Source: the human T2T-CHM13v2.0 reference genome, Homo sapiens
Assembly (NCBI RefSeq): GCF_009914755.1
Contig: NC_060929.1
DNA length: 64,000 nt
Strand: one strand, 5' to 3'
Part shown: positions 1 to 26,834 of the stretch, in pieces
Numbering within the stretch: position 1 is the first letter of the stretch
How the letters are laid out: each line of letters opens with the position of its first letter
Program-made: the position numbers and the translations under genes
Notes under the pieces: model-generated
The model's input: the letters and a program-made list of their open reading frames with translations, nothing else
The model's database searches: none
Told to the model about the DNA's origin: nothing

Positions 1-67
1 CCAAACTGCGGGGATTACAGGCACGAGCCACTGTGCACGGCCCCAACCCAATGAATTCTTAAATTTT

Positions 68-2065
<1,998 letters not shown>

Positions 2066-2075
2066 TGAATTCTTA

Positions 2076-2460
<385 letters not shown>

Positions 2461-2717
2461 CTAACAATGACATTCCTGTTACATTCCCAAACCAGAACAT
2501 CAGTAAAGCCACTCTATTAAGTCATAGCTGTGATAACCTCATTAAGCACTTTAAATTTCTCTGAACATGTACTCCCAACACCTGCCCCCAACACACACAC
2601 ACCTTAAGTCTGAAAAGGTATACATAAAAATGTTTATGTTAGGTGGTAGGATAAATGTGGTTTACTTTTCCTTATACTTTTTTTTTTTTGGAGACAGGGT
2701 CTTGCTCTATTGCCTAA

Positions 2718-2837
<120 letters not shown>

Positions 2838-3010
2838 TAGTAGACATGTGGTTTTGCTATGTTGTCCAGGCTGGTAAATACACTTTTTGATATTTTTCTG
2901 ATTTTTTTTCACAAAAAGTTTCTAAAAGCGGCCAGGCGAGGTGGTTCACACCTGTAATCCCAGCACTTTGGGAGGCCAAGGCGGGCAGATCACCTGAGGT
3001 CAGGAATTCA

Positions 3011-5745
<2,735 letters not shown>

Positions 5746-6052
5746 AAAAATGACTATAATTATAGTAAGAAAGGAGTAGTCTTCAACACATTCTCATAGA
5801 AGAGAGAAGAGACTATATATTAATACAATAAAAAACATATATACTCTATGTATATATGTTGTATGTGTATATGTACTGTATACACCATATAAATGTATGT
5901 GTGTGGAGGCGGTGTGGGGGTGGGGAGGAAATTAAAGCTTTACTTTTTCTGTTACCTAGAAGGCAAAAGTGATCTTTTAAGTGTTCCAATCTGAACTTGA
6001 CAAGGTATTGATTTAGTTTAGCAAGGTCAGAATAAGCTTTTGGACTGTATCA

Positions 6053-6487
<435 letters not shown>

Positions 6488-7901
6488 TTATACTTTCTAC
6501 TTACTATTAAATCAGAAGTATTTCTTGGTGGAAACTGAATTTTATTCTATTAATACATCTTAATTTTCCTTACTCTCTCTTAATGTTTTATCTGAAAACT
6601 TCTTTCCTCCCTCTTCGAGCAATTATGAAACTTCCTATAGATAAGACTGTTAGTATCCATCCTTGTCCCCAGCTGAAAAACCTATCTTTACCACTGAAGT
6701 ATAAGTTCTGTTCCTATTGATTATTCCCTTCTTAAAATGCTTAAGGATTGCTTGTTATAGAAAAAAAGTTATTTTTTCACTTACGTGCTTGCCTTATGCA
6801 GGTATATCATAGGTTTTAGTCAGCAAATTTAGTATTAAAATATAAAAAACAAAAATACAAACACCCACAATAACCTATTCCTACCCTACAACTGATACAA
6901 TGCAGAAAGATAGTCTCCTTGCTTCCAAGACTATTACATGTCATTTCATTCAATAACAGATAAGCAATTCTTCCCATTCTCAGAGCTCTTGTTACAGGTT
7001 AAGTGTCTCACTCGATGTCCATTCCAGAAGTACTGGGTATCATTTTATTGTTTCTAAAGTTCCTTTTCACTATGTCCTACTTGTTATATGTTGTGGCACA
7101 TCTCAACTTTTAACTTCAAAATTATGAGAATTTAAAGAGAATATGAACTACTCCGATTCATTTAGGAAGAGCATCTCTGTGACATGATGCAGCCATCACA
7201 AACCCAGAGCAGTGAAAGCCAGGGTTTGTTGAATAGGCCCTATGTGTTAATGTTTAGCAATACAACAATGATCAAAGCCTTAAAAGCTCTTGAATCACCA
7301 TCAAGTTAAAATTATTATCCAGGTAACTGCCCAAGACAGAAATGGGTGACTATCAGAAAACGTACAAGCTATGATAATGAAACTCTGTATTACAGGACCA
7401 CTGTAGGTTCCCCCTCCCCCGCTTCTAAGTGAGACACTTTAGGAAGCAAGAATGTCTCTGCTCCCTTTATCAACTATAAAACCAGAAGGTGACCCCAAAT
7501 GACCACATGCTGATATTCTAAGAGCAGAGAGAACACTTTCATGTAATCTCCTTCAACTTACCCCTTGGGACAAGCACCACTTTATAACCGAGATAGATTT
7601 TCCAAAACTCCACTAAGTGACTGAAGAGCACAGGCCTAGAAAAGCTTTATTAATCTTTCTACAGATTAAACAATGCCTTCCTTTCTTGTACCTCAGTGAA
7701 ACTTCTTTCCCCACACAGTTCAACTGCTAAATTCAAGTCAAGTTTGAATGGAGTTTTAAGCTGAAAACATTCGGTCTGGGATAGAAGGCAAAGGTAATGA
7801 GAAAGAACATAATCAAGTAAAGGGGCACAAGGAAAGATGAGCAGGATTATGCCTTTTCTCTACTTGACCCAGTTAGATAATAACTGTGTTTACTGTCATG
7901 A

Positions 7902-8440
<539 letters not shown>

Positions 8441-8442
8441 TA

Positions 8443-9125
<683 letters not shown>

Positions 9126-10142
9126 TCACAGTTCTTTTCACGTCTATAAATTGTATTTGTGAAGCTTAAACAACTGAAAAGCTATTAGTAACTTCAATAA
9201 GATACCCTCATATGCATTCAACTAGTTTTTTGTTGTTTTATTTTTTGAGACAGGGTCTTGCTCTGTCACCTAGAGTGGAGTGCAGTGGTATGATCTTGGT
9301 GGCTCACTGCAGCCACGACCTCCGGGCGAGCGATCCTCCCACCTCAGCCCCCCAAGTAGCTGGGACTACAGGTGCGCACCACCACACCTAGTTAATTTTT
9401 TTGTACAGACAGGGTTTCGCCATGTTGCCCAGGCTGGTCTTGAACTCCTGAGCTCAAGCAATCTGCTTACCTCAGCCTTCCAAAGTGCTAGGATTACAGG
9501 TGCGAGCCACAGTACCTGGCCTCAACTAGTATTTTATTATGTACCCACTGCTTATAAATCACTGTTGAGATAGTTACATACAAGTTCAAGTATGTCACTA
9601 GGTGTATTCAGGGTACGTTTGTTGTGAAAATAACAAGAGTTGGGAAGGGAGACTTTCGTAAGTTAAAATAGGACAGTAGTTGTGAAATATATCTGTATTA
9701 CTAAACATCTCATAATACAAAGCATGTAATATAAAGGCATAAACATATGTTATAAAGTTTAAATTGTATGTTATATAAAGTTATATTTAAAAACTTGAGT
9801 AGGGGCCGGGTGCGGTGGCTCACGCCTATAGTCCCAGCACTTTGGGAGGTTGAGGCAGGCGGATCACGAGGTCAGGAGATCGAGACCATCCCAGTTAACA
9901 CGGTGAAACCCCATCTCTACTAAAAATACAAAAAATTAGCCAGGCACGGTGGCGGGCGCCTGTGGTCCCAGCTACTCCGGAGGCTGAGGCAGGAGAATGG
10001 CGTGGACCCAGGAGGTGGAGCTTCAGTGAGCCGAGATCGCGCCACTGCACTCCAGCCTGGGGGACAGAGCGAGACTCCATCTCAAAAAAAACCACAAAAT
10101 CTTAAGTAATAAATTCCCCCCAAGATACAATGCACGTGCCTC

Positions 10143-10167
10143 TGTGTGTGTGTGTGTGTGTGTGTGT
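10143..10167. repeat. (TG)n microsatellite
   Basis: About 12 TG units next to an Alu fragment; similar tracts near 33651 and 35501. Confidence 0.9.
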
Positions 10168-10497
10168 AATTTTTCTGAGATGGAATCTTGCTATGTTGCC
10201 CAGGCTGGGCTCAAGCACTCCTCCCGCTTCAGCCTCCAGAGTAGATGAGACTACAGGTGTGCAACAACACACCTAGGCTCTAATTTTTATATGGTGAAAT
10301 GTGGTTTCAAATAAAAAGATAAAGGATGAATAGTTCTGACCCCTGAAATAAAATTAGTCTTTGGTATTTTATTTACTTTTGTTTTTTTTGAAACAGGGTC
10401 TTGCCATCACCCAGGCTGAAATGCAGTGGCTCAATTACAGCTCACTGCAGCCTCGACAAGTATTCTAAAAATCAGTACCAGCAATAACTTGTCGTCA

Positions 10498-10668
<171 letters not shown>

Positions 10669-10674
10669 CTACTA

Positions 10675-10842
<168 letters not shown>

Positions 10843-11613
10843 TTAAAAAATTAAAAAAAAAAAAAAACAAAACAACCCAAGGGGCTAGGCACACACCGTG
10901 GCTCATGCCTGTAATCCACTTTGGGAGGCCAAGACAAGAGGATCACCTGAGCCCAGGAGTTAAGAGACCAAACTGGGCAACATGGTGAGACTCCCATTTC
11001 TACAAAAAATAAAAAAATTAACCAGGCATAGTGGCATGCGCCTATAGTCCCAGCCACTCAGAAGGCTGAGGTGAGAAGATGGCTTGAGCCCAGGAGGTCA
11101 AGGCTGCAGTGAGCTGTGGTTGTGCCACTGCACTCCAGCCTGGGAGACAGAGGGGGACCCCATCTCAAAAAAAAACACAAACAAATGAAAACAAAACAAA
11201 AAAAATTCAGAGAATTCTTAAAAGTTGTTGTCATTACTTCCTATTCATACAGTACTCAGTATAGGCTGCACATGAAGCCTGAATTTCTGCTTCATTCAAC
11301 ATAAGCACAGATCAGCCCAAGGGCAACCTAAGTCCACTGGGCTGAATAGGCTATACATGCAATTAATACTCTGTTCACCTCCAAAGCAAGTCAAGTCACC
11401 AATAGGTTTGCTAAGGATGACAGAATAAAATACACAAACACAAAATAAGTAGGAAGCTCTTAACAAGCAAATTAGATCACTGCCTCCTTTCACCAGGCAA
11501 ATAAGAATCTGAGTTAATTACCATGAAGAGTCTCTCTAAAGATAATAGGCTTCTGTACAACTAAGGAACCAGTCAGTAATAAAATAATTTCACCCAAAAC
11601 CGAAACGAAATAA

Positions 11614-11856
<243 letters not shown>

Positions 11857-12045
11857 TGATCCGACCGCCTCGGCCTCCCAAAGTGCTGGGATTACAGGCG
11901 TGAGCCACCGTGCCTGGCCACTGAGTAGTAAACTTTTCATTCTCCAAATGATAAAAGAGCCACAACTGTCTATTCATTATTTCACTTATTTACTCGAGCA
12001 ACAACTATTTATTGCAGATGTACTAGGCACTATACCAGATACTAG

Positions 12046-12537
<492 letters not shown>

Positions 12538-14892
12538 TAGATTCCAAGCAAAGGAAACAGCACGAAAGCCCTAAGATGGGAAGAAGCTGTGTGTGAGTCA
12601 CTGGATGTAAAGACTGCATCGGTATCCCACTGGTTTCATCTGAATCTAATCCATTCTTCATAAGCAACAGTCAGATTTTTAAAAACACAGCAGAGCAGGC
12701 ACCAGACTTTACCTACCAGGTCCTTCTTGGCATGCCATCTATTCTGGTTCCTACTTCACAAGCCACAGCCAAACTGTCAAACACATCTCATCCACCGGCC
12801 CCTTTTCCATGAAGTACTTCCTGTCTGAATTTCCTACGGTTAAACATAAGTCTGTTCCAATTGGAGGTGAAGAGATGTAATATTTTATGCCCAAGAGAGG
12901 AATGAGAAAAGTAATGTCAGGTGAGAGATAGGGAGAGTAGGCCTAATAGTGCTAAGTTGCATTTCCAGCTTCAAATGGGCTAAGAGGTAAGGTTCACATC
13001 ATAAACAAACAACTTCACTTACAGTACATTAAGCAGCCAAAAGTTGGCCGGCTGCAGTAGCTCATGCCTGTGATCCCAACACTTTGGGAGGCCCAGGCAG
13101 GGCAGATCACTTGAAGCCAGGATTTCAAGATCAGCCTGGGCAACAAAACAAGACACCATCTATACAAAAAAAATTTAGAGATCAGCCAGGTGCAGTGGTG
13201 TGCGCCTATAATCCTAGCTACCCCAGAGGCTGCCTGAGGCAGGGGATTGCTTGACCGCCCAGGAGTTTGAGACTGCAGTGAACTCTGATCACACCACTGC
13301 ACTCCACTAGGTAACAGAGAGCCTCTCTTTAAAAAAAAAAAAAAAAAAAAAGTTTTTTCCTAGAATCTTACCGTATGATTTTAAAAACTGGTTCCAAAGA
13401 ACCCAAGAGAACAAAAGAAACACCTGCTTCAGAGATCCATAAACACAACTGAGATTACTCTGTAAAACCTATTTTTGCTATTTTTAAGAACTATAATAAA
13501 AAGTTCCACAAATGTTAAGTTTCTAATATGAAGACCATCATGAGACATGTTAGCTTACGCCACCAGGTCAAAATGATTGTAAAGGCATTGGAATGAAGCT
13601 TTTCTTGCCATCTTTACGCATATATGAAATTTAGGAAACTTCCTGCAAATGTGTTACTGACTGGGAAAACCACAGGTCTGCATGGTGTCTTTTGTTAATA
13701 CAGGCATGTATACATCCAGTCCCGTAAAACTGTACAAGTGAGCACATTAACACAGTACATGGATGTCTAGGTTCCACTAAATGTCACAGCAAGCTCAGAT
13801 GCATCTGCTCAGTATACGCTCTCATCAACACGAAGTAAATAAACAATACTCGGAGAAAATATAACTTAAGTCATAACACTGCTTGACATGACGTGTTTAA
13901 CTTCTGAGTACAGCTGATGATGTTGGTGATTCAAACTTAAAATCTCCTACAGAACTTTATGAGACTCTAAATCATGTTTAAAAATTTGTGTACCAGGACT
14001 TTACTGATTCCACACCATCAAAATAAAATATAAAGAAATCAAATGCTGAGGCTATGTTAGTGTTCAATGTCAGATTTAAAAAAAAAGAAGATTCCATGTT
14101 AATGTCTGAATCTACTGATTTCATCTAACATACTTAAAAACGAAAGCTGGGAAGTCAACTGACTTATTTAAGGTCATAAAGAAACGGAAGATGAGTGGAA
14201 CACTCAAGGGTTCTTCTGACTCCCAGATCTTTTCATTATACTATATGGTCCTATTTAACAAAGCTTCTGTTCTAGAACTAAGAAAGGCTTCTATTAAGAG
14301 CATATTATTTTCTCTCCAATGCCATTATAAAGTCAAAGATGTGTTCCACACAAATGATAATTGATCCTAAAGCATTATGAGAGAACCAGTCTCTGCCCCA
14401 GGTCCAATGCAGCTTACATTGTGCGAAGATAAGTAATGTATAAAAATAGCCATGATAGAAGTTTTTTTTTTTAAGTAGAGTGGAGAGGATAAGTACTATA
14501 AGAATAGTACTAAGGAAGTTCAGAAAACGGCAGGATTATTTCTGGGTAGAAAAATGAGAAAAACGCTCAGAGTTGGTCAATAATGAAAGATTATCCTAGT
14601 TGGAACGTAGAAAAAGAGAAGTGGGCAGAGTGTGGATCTACTGTAGCCTGGAAAATAGTTCAACCGTCCTCTGTAGAATTAAATCTACCTGATTTCCAGG
14701 GAAAACAGAGGCTACAGCACACATTAAATGATACAAGGCCACATTCAGACAAATCCAGATTGTGGTACATTCTACAAGACTCTTCAAAAAGTCAATGTCG
14801 GCCGGGCGTGGCAGATCACTTGAGGTCAGGAGTTCAAGACCAGCCTGGCCAACATGGTAAAACCCCGTCTCCACCAAAAAATAGACAAATTA

Positions 14893-15051
<159 letters not shown>

Positions 15052-15561
15052 TCATAGGGAAGAAGAGGAGGAGGAGTTCTGGATTTTAAAAGATTGAAGT
15101 GACAAATGCAATGTCTAAATGCTGATAAGATCTGATTTTGGGGAAAAAAACCCAGTTATAAAAGACATTTTGAGGACAATTAAGGGATTTGGACTATGGA
15201 CTAGATCTCAGAGGACATGAAGATATAATAATCTTTCTTAGCAGTGATAATGGTACTGTGGTTACGTAGGAGAACAGCTTTACTTTTAAGAGATTCACAT
15301 TGAAGTGTCATGATGTCTATATTCACTTTCAAACAGTTAAGTGCAAAAAAAAGAGATACAAAGGAATATATATCAAAAAAGATATATAAATATGACAAAA
15401 TATCATTTGTTTAATATAGGTGACAGGCGTTCAAGGGTTTCTGTACTAGAGTCTTCCAACTTTTCAGTATGTTTGAAAATTGTCATTTAAAAAGTTTGGG
15501 CGGGGCGGGGTGGCTCATGCCTGTAATCCTAGCACTTCGGGAGGCCAAGGCAGGTGGATCA

Positions 15562-15798
<237 letters not shown>

Positions 15799-16105
15799 TT
15801 AAGTTTGAAAAAAAGAATTAGATGTAACCTTGGTAAAGATGGTCTATCCATCCACTCCTTTCAACAATGAAAGAAATTGAGTCGCACACAGCTAATGGAG
15901 GCCTCTTCTCGTAACAAGATTAAAACCCAAGCGGTCTGAAGAATCTTAGACCAAACTCTTTCCATATGCCAGAAAATTGGGAACTAAGAGACACAGACTG
16001 ATTCTGTAACAAACATATACATGTGCATGTAAAAAAAAAAAAAAAAAAAGTTAAACACATTTTTTTTTTCTTTAAGAGTCAGGGTAGGCCAGGCACGGTG
16101 GCTCA

Positions 16106-16435
<330 letters not shown>

Positions 16436-16581
16436 TCACGGCTCACTGCAGCCTTGAACTCATGGGCTCAAACAGATCCTCCCATCTCAGTCTCACCAGT
16501 AGCTGGGACTACAGGCACAGCTACCACCTGGCCTGCCTAATTTTTAATTTAAATACATTTCTTATGCTTAATCTGTGATAA

Positions 16582-17054
16582 TACAGACTGAGTAGCTCTT
16601 ATTCAAAAGTTCTGAAACTAGAAGTATTTAGAATTTTAGAATTTTTTTTTTTTTTTTTTTTTTTTTGAGGTGGAGTTTCGCTCTTGTTGCCCAGGCCGGA
16701 GTGCAATGGTGCGATCTCGGCTCTTCAACCTCTGCCTCCCGGGTTCAAGCAATTCCCCCGCCTCAGCCTCCCGAGTAGCTGGGACTACAGGCGCCCACCA
16801 CCACGCCAGGCTAATTTTTTTGTATTTTAGTAAAAGACGGGGTTTCAATGTTGGCTGGGATGGTCTCAATCTCCTGACCTCGTGATCTGCCTACCTCAGC
16901 CTCCCAAAGTGCTGGGATTACAGGTGTGAGCCACAGCACCCAGCCTAGAATTTTAGAGTTTTTCAGATTTGAATACTTGCAGCACACATACTGAGTATCC
17001 CTAATCTGAAAACCTGAAATCCTCTAATTTTGGATTAGGGATGTCCAACCTGTA
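16582..17054. mobile_element. Tigger4/MER46-like DNA transposon remnant interrupted by an Alu
   Basis: Ends TA-CAGACTGAGTA... and ...GATTAGGGATGTCCAACCTG-TA resemble Tigger TIRs with TA duplications; internal GAGTATCCCTAATCTGAAAA. Confidence 0.65.
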
Positions 17055-17534
17055 GCATTAAAATTGTAACAGAATAAAACTCTGTTAGACTATAATAACC
17101 TACTACATTAGAATTTTATATAAAATAACCTTGCAAAATGCAGCATTACATGGGAATTAGTCTGTTAGAAGCACAAAAAACAAAAATTTTAAACCACTTC
17201 ACTAATATCACCTATAATATAGTCTCACAACTTGGTCTACTTATGGCAATCCTGTCTTCCCAAATCTAATAACATATCTTAATAACTTCACATTTCACCT
17301 ATCTCCTCTACAAGCTTCTTAGCAATCCCCCTAAATGCTATGTTTTTTCGTATCTCTGTACAAGTAATTTCCTCTACATACAGAATGATGCCCTTCTCTG
17401 CCTTTTCTTCATCTAATCCTCTTTTAAGACCAACTTCTTGGGCTGGGCGCAGTGGCTCACACCTATAATCCCAGCATTTTTGGAGGCCGAGGCTGGTGGA
17501 TCACGAGGTCAGGAGATCAAGACCATCCTGGCTA

Positions 17535-17756
<222 letters not shown>

Positions 17757-19109
17757 TCACTGTTTCAGTGATGCTTTCTGACCCTGCCCCCCACTCCTCC
17801 TTGAACTTACATAATATTCATTGCTCTAGAGACTTTTTAAATTTTACCTAAGTTCTACTTAAATGTATGATTCCTCCAGTAGGCCATAAGGTACTTAATA
17901 TACAGCAGGCCTTATTTACATCTCTAATTACAGCTAGCGTCAAGTGCTGGGAGTTGGAATAATGGAGGCTATTTTTTAAAGTTTCAGGAAGAAGCATCTT
18001 AACTCAAGAAATAAAGTAGTTGCCCTAAGTTGAAGGCAGATTCATAATTAAATGAACTGAACTATTTGTTACTCCACTCCTTTGGTACTGTCACATAGCC
18101 CACAAGCATGGAAATGATCTGAACCAATGCAAAGAAATAGTCTCACCTTGCTTATACCTAAAAGCCCACTACAATAAATGCAAAAAAAACTTAAAGGTTT
18201 TACTGTGAGGATAAGAACTCAATGAGAAAAGCCCAAGTCACTAATTCATTACTTAGTCAAGCTTTGAGCAAATGTAAATATAATTATGACCTCACACTCA
18301 AATAAAATTCATTTAGAATGATTTTCACATGTAAATATTTCATTTTTCTTAGATGTCTAACTTCAACAGAAATTCCACTTCAGAAAACAGAGCAATAATG
18401 GAAACTTCTAAGTTTCACTGCAAACATGCAAAAATAGGCATCACAACACCCAATGTACACTCAGCAGTATTTAACCGCTCAGCTCAATATACGGATATAT
18501 TAAAAACCAAACTTGATTCTTGCTGACGGCATGTCAAAGTAGCTGATGCAAGACAAATACATGCTGATTGTTCTTGGCCAACACAAATGCATCTTTAAGT
18601 ACATATGCATTAGTAAAGTCTCAGCCTATGGTCCTTGAACTACCAGTGACTCAAGAAAAGCTTGCTGGCAGCCTAGTACTGCCAGAAAAGCAGAAGCGGA
18701 AAGATGCGAGGGATGAGGGGCATGGGGAGAAGCAGGTGCAGTGGCCCCCCAAATGAAGATAACCACTCAGGTGGTCTGCAGTAAGGAAAAAATGAGAGTC
18801 ATTAAATCAGCAAATTGATCATGTCCGGTTAATTTGATTATGTTGCTTAAACTAAATAAACCTAATGTATTCCTGCAACAAGATAAGAATGTGTTTTAGT
18901 CAAAAGCCACAAGAGATAATTAATTCATCAATGTAAAGGCAAAATTTTGTTACTAGTGATTTAACATTCTCATTAGAGGACTCACCTGGGTAAAGTAGTA
19001 CTAAGAAGGTACTGCCAAAGCTTTGCATATACAGTAATAAAATCAGCCAGATTTAAAAATAAAACCCATCTATTAAAATCTGTCCAAAGAGGCCAGGTGC
19101 GGTCGCTCA

Positions 19110-19424
<315 letters not shown>

Positions 19425-19560
19425 TTATAGACTAGGGCTATCAAAAGTTAGAAGAGTAAAAATTGCTATCATGTCTAATGGATTAAAGCTTCTGTCCATA
19501 AAATGCAGCACTAATAACTGATTCCTAAATAAATTTAAATTGGAGATGAAAACATCCTCA

Positions 19561-19968
<408 letters not shown>

Positions 19969-20292
19969 CTAGCCCAACGGAAGGTAGATGATCAGGAAGC
20001 AGCTACAATGGCCTATGTCAATTTTTAATGTAAACTCTAGTGCTAAAACTTTTCCCAAAGAGGATTCAGCTCTCCTCATGTCTAATATTTTCCGACTGTA
20101 GCTTCCTTGACCTATATATTAGGTTCTCATACCTGCCAACCCAGAGTACCACTGTATTTTCAACCTATATCTTCTTGCTGCCCATTTTCTTTTTGGTCCC
20201 CTCCCTACAACTCCACTCCTCCTAGTAAAATTTGCTGCCTTCTGCTTTGTATCATGTAAATGTCCTAAAAGTCTCTTGCCAAAGTGGTATGA

Positions 20293-20667
<375 letters not shown>

Positions 20668-20992
20668 TGATCCGCCCGCCTCAGCCTCCCAAAGTGCTGG
20701 GATTACAGGTGTGAGCCACTGCACCTGGCTGTTTTACTCTTTACTATTGGCACAAACCAAAGAATAGAAGCATAAGAAAATTCAATAAACCAGTTAGATG
20801 ATGTGTAGAACATAATGGACACTGAAAATACATAAGAAAGAAGTACACTGGACATTCTTGGTGAAGAAAGTCTTACAGAGAATGTGTTTGTCCTGAACCA
20901 CACCAACCTCAAAAGGGCTACTGGTATATTCTGGAATTGTATACCTAAGAAGTCTACCTTGTTTTAGGATATGAGTAACAAACTACAGCTAG

Positions 20993-21677
<685 letters not shown>

Positions 21678-22313
21678 CACCACAGCTAGAACCAAGTTAC
21701 TGAACCAAATTATTTTCTGAAATTACAAGAATGATCCGTTCTAAATACAACCAGATTAGTTTCACAAGCAGAGACCTGCTTCCCTCTTTCCCAATTCAAC
21801 AAAATTCAGTATACTAAGTACCTACTTACTATGTGTCAGGCCTGATTAGAGGTGATTTTCTTATTGCTTCACCCTTTATGAAACTCTCATGACTCAATTC
21901 TTAGTATTTTCCTCCTCTTTCACTTACTTATTAGCAGTCACTCACTTTTACACCTTCAGTCAACTCACCCCAGCTGATCCCAAAATCCACAATCATAGCC
22001 CTAAGCATCTAGGAGTTCCCTATCTAAATTTCCGTACCACACTACATGGTGACTCCACTTAGACATTCTTCTGTCACCTACACCTTAACATATACTGAAT
22101 GCTAAACCAGGGCTTTTCCCAGATATCTTTCTTATTCCACAAAACCTGCCAAGCTACCTCAATATTCCTGGTCACTCGGGTTCATAAACATGGTATTATT
22201 TTACTTCTCCTTTTCTCTTCTGTACCCCTACATCCAATAAATCACCAACTCATTCCATTTTTTTCCCTCATGGGTTCCTCATCCTAGTCTCTTCCCACTT
22301 TAGGCAATCCTAT

Positions 22314-22468
22314 ACCAATGCTTCTCAAACATTAATGTACATAGGAAATCACTTGAGAATCTTGTGAAAATGCAGATTCTGTAGGTCTAAGGCTCTGAAT
22401 TTCTAACATGCTCCCAAGGTGATGCCGATATTGCTGCTCCAGAGACAAAACTTTCTGAGCAGCAAAAT
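22314..22468. mobile_element. MER5-like hAT-Charlie element within L2-like sequence
   Basis: CAATGCTTCTCAAAC...GAAATCACTTGAGAATCTTGTGAAAATGCAGATTCTG...TTTCTAACATGCTCCCAAGGTGATGCCGAT. Confidence 0.7.
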
Positions 22469-23358
22469 ACTAGACTGTAAATTCCTTTGAGGGCAGAGAT
22501 TTTTTTTTCCCTGTTGTAATCCCAGTAACTAGTACATAATAGTGGTTCAACTAATATTTAGTGAATGATATTTAGCAGTCAGTACATTCTTTTCATCAGA
22601 TAAGCTCTTCTCTTCAAGAGTCCACACTAACATCCTACGCAATACCTGTCCAGTTTCTCCATCATTTTCTCTCACACACACTGCTCAAGCCAAAGCAGCC
22701 ACTTTACCAACGATTACCCCATGCATGTATTGTTTACAACCACTTCCAAGCTTTACTTCATAACCATTCTTCTATCTGGTATGTTTTTAAAAACATCATA
22801 CAGGCCAAACAAAGCATGTTTGTTGACTGGATGTGACTCATGTACTATCAGTTTACAAACTGAGCTGGAGAATCAACTGGGGTGAAGATCAGTCCCCCAC
22901 GCCTTCTGACCCCGTAATGTGGGCCAGTTGCATTATGTTCCTTAGGACAGATGGTTTCATTTGTAAGGTTCATTATTGGGGTGCAGAGACAAAGAAAGGG
23001 AGGGAGGGAAAGACGGAAGAAAGGGAAAGGGGGAGAGAAGGGAGGGAGGGAAGGAAGAAGACAAAAAAAGGAAACAAAATGGCCAGGCACAGTGGCTCAC
23101 AACTGTAATTCCAGCACTTTGGGAGTCTGAGGCAGGGGATCACTTGAGGTCAGGATTTCGACACCAGTCTGGCCAACACAGTGAAACCCCGTCTCTACTA
23201 AACATACAAAAATTAGCCGGTGTGGAGGTGCACACGTGTAATCCCAGCTATTCGGGAGGCTGAGGCAGGAGAATTGCTTCAACCTGGGAGGCGGAGATTG
23301 CAGTCAGCCGAGATCATGCCACTGTACTCCACCCTGGGTGACAAAGCAGACTCTGTCT

Positions 23359-23391
<33 letters not shown>

Positions 23392-23644
23392 AGGGAACAA
23401 AAAGAAGACGAAGTACATTTATGAATTACTTTTGTCAACTTTTTTTCTTTTTTAGCTACCCTGTTAACTGAATTGTCAACTTCTATAAACCATTTCACTG
23501 CTAATAACCTTTCATCAGATCAGACAGAGGAAATAAAAGTTTTCCACTTCTTGTTGAGAAAGCAAATGTTAGCTGTGAGATTTGCAAATTATTGGCTATA
23601 GATCTATTCTGTATACATCAGTGAAAGGTTACTTTATATTTAAA

Positions 23645-25288
<1,644 letters not shown>

Positions 25289-25487
25289 TGAACTCCTGAC
25301 CTCAAGTGCTCTACCTGTCTTGGCCTCCCAATGTGGTGCGAATGCAGGCGTAAGCCACTGGGCCTGGCCAATTTTGTCACAATTTAAAAAAAGTAAACTA
25401 CGGAAAAACAGAAAACTAGCATTCTTTATAGCAGCCCTGGGTTTAAGCTCTGACTGCCAGTTATAAGCTATGTGATGATGAGCAAGT

Positions 25488-25573
25488 TATTAAAGGTTGG
25501 TGCAAAAGTAATTGCGGTTTTTGCAATTAAAAGTAATGGCAAAGAACAAAACTATTTTTGCACTAACGTAATA
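25488..25573. mobile_element. MADE1 (Hsmar1-derived MITE) inserted in a MIR
   Basis: TATTAAAGGTTGGTGCAAAAGTAATTGCGGTTTTTGCA...TTTTGCACTAACGTAATA, an imperfect palindrome of about 85 bp; MIR-like flanks. Confidence 0.85.
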
Positions 25574-26579
25574 ACTGCTCTTGGCTTCAATCTTTATCTA
25601 TGAAACAGAGATACTATCCACCTCATAAGGTTGTTAGGACCTGTTACATAATAAATACTGGATAAATGGTAGATGCTATTCAAAAACCATTGTTACTCAC
25701 TGAGTAGGTGTCTGTAAGGCTGCTATAAATGGGTATCTGAAAGAACTCCATGATGTTCTCAAGACATTCTGGAATAGAGACTAAAGGAATGAATGTCCAG
25801 CATTCAGTTATTCTCTGTAAACCTGGAAACTTGTGACCACCACGGTCAGTTCTCTTAGGATATCACTGAATGCACAAAATAAATGACACACTCAGAAAGT
25901 GAGAAGTTACTTTGTACATCACTATACTTTCATTAAAGAGGTGAAGAAAGAAAAGGTTGTTGGTTGTCTTCAATTAATACAATTTTATTGGATTTTCTGC
26001 CCACATATTTATTTCAAAAAATCATAAAGGATTTAATTCCTTAGCAAATGTCATGGCTAAAGGCTTGTCTAGAGGTCCTAAATGCCAACTCCAGCATCAC
26101 AATGTCATTCTAGTACGGCGGAGAACCATACAGAATGTCTGAAAATGTCAAAACAGGCTGGGCGAGGTGGCTCACGTGAAGTCAGGAGTTCAAGACCAGC
26201 CTGACCAACACGGTGAAACCCCATCTCCACTAAAAATATGAAATTAGCCAGGCACGGTGGCGCACGCCGGTAATGCCAGCTACTTGGGAGGCTGAGGCAG
26301 GAGAACTGCTTGAACCCGGGAGGGCGGAGTTTGCAGTGAGCTGAGATCGTGCCATTGCATTCCAGCCTGGGCAACAAGAGTGAAACGACGTCTCAAAAAA
26401 AAAAAAGTCAAAACAATGGGAAATTCTAGGAGCATGGAAGCTTAGAACTGTTAAATAATCTTACATAACTTCTATGACATACCTGTCTTGATTAAAAGTA
26501 GGCATTAAAAAAAAAAGGCTGGGCACAGTCGCTCACACCTGTAATCCCAACACTTTGGGAAGCACAGGCGGGCGGATTA

Positions 26580-26834
<255 letters not shown>

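Noticed and set aside
18400-18900. Possible conserved intronic enhancer in repeat-free sequence
   Set aside because: Only short motif-like words (e.g. TGCTGAC) are visible; it cannot be supported without conservation or chromatin data.
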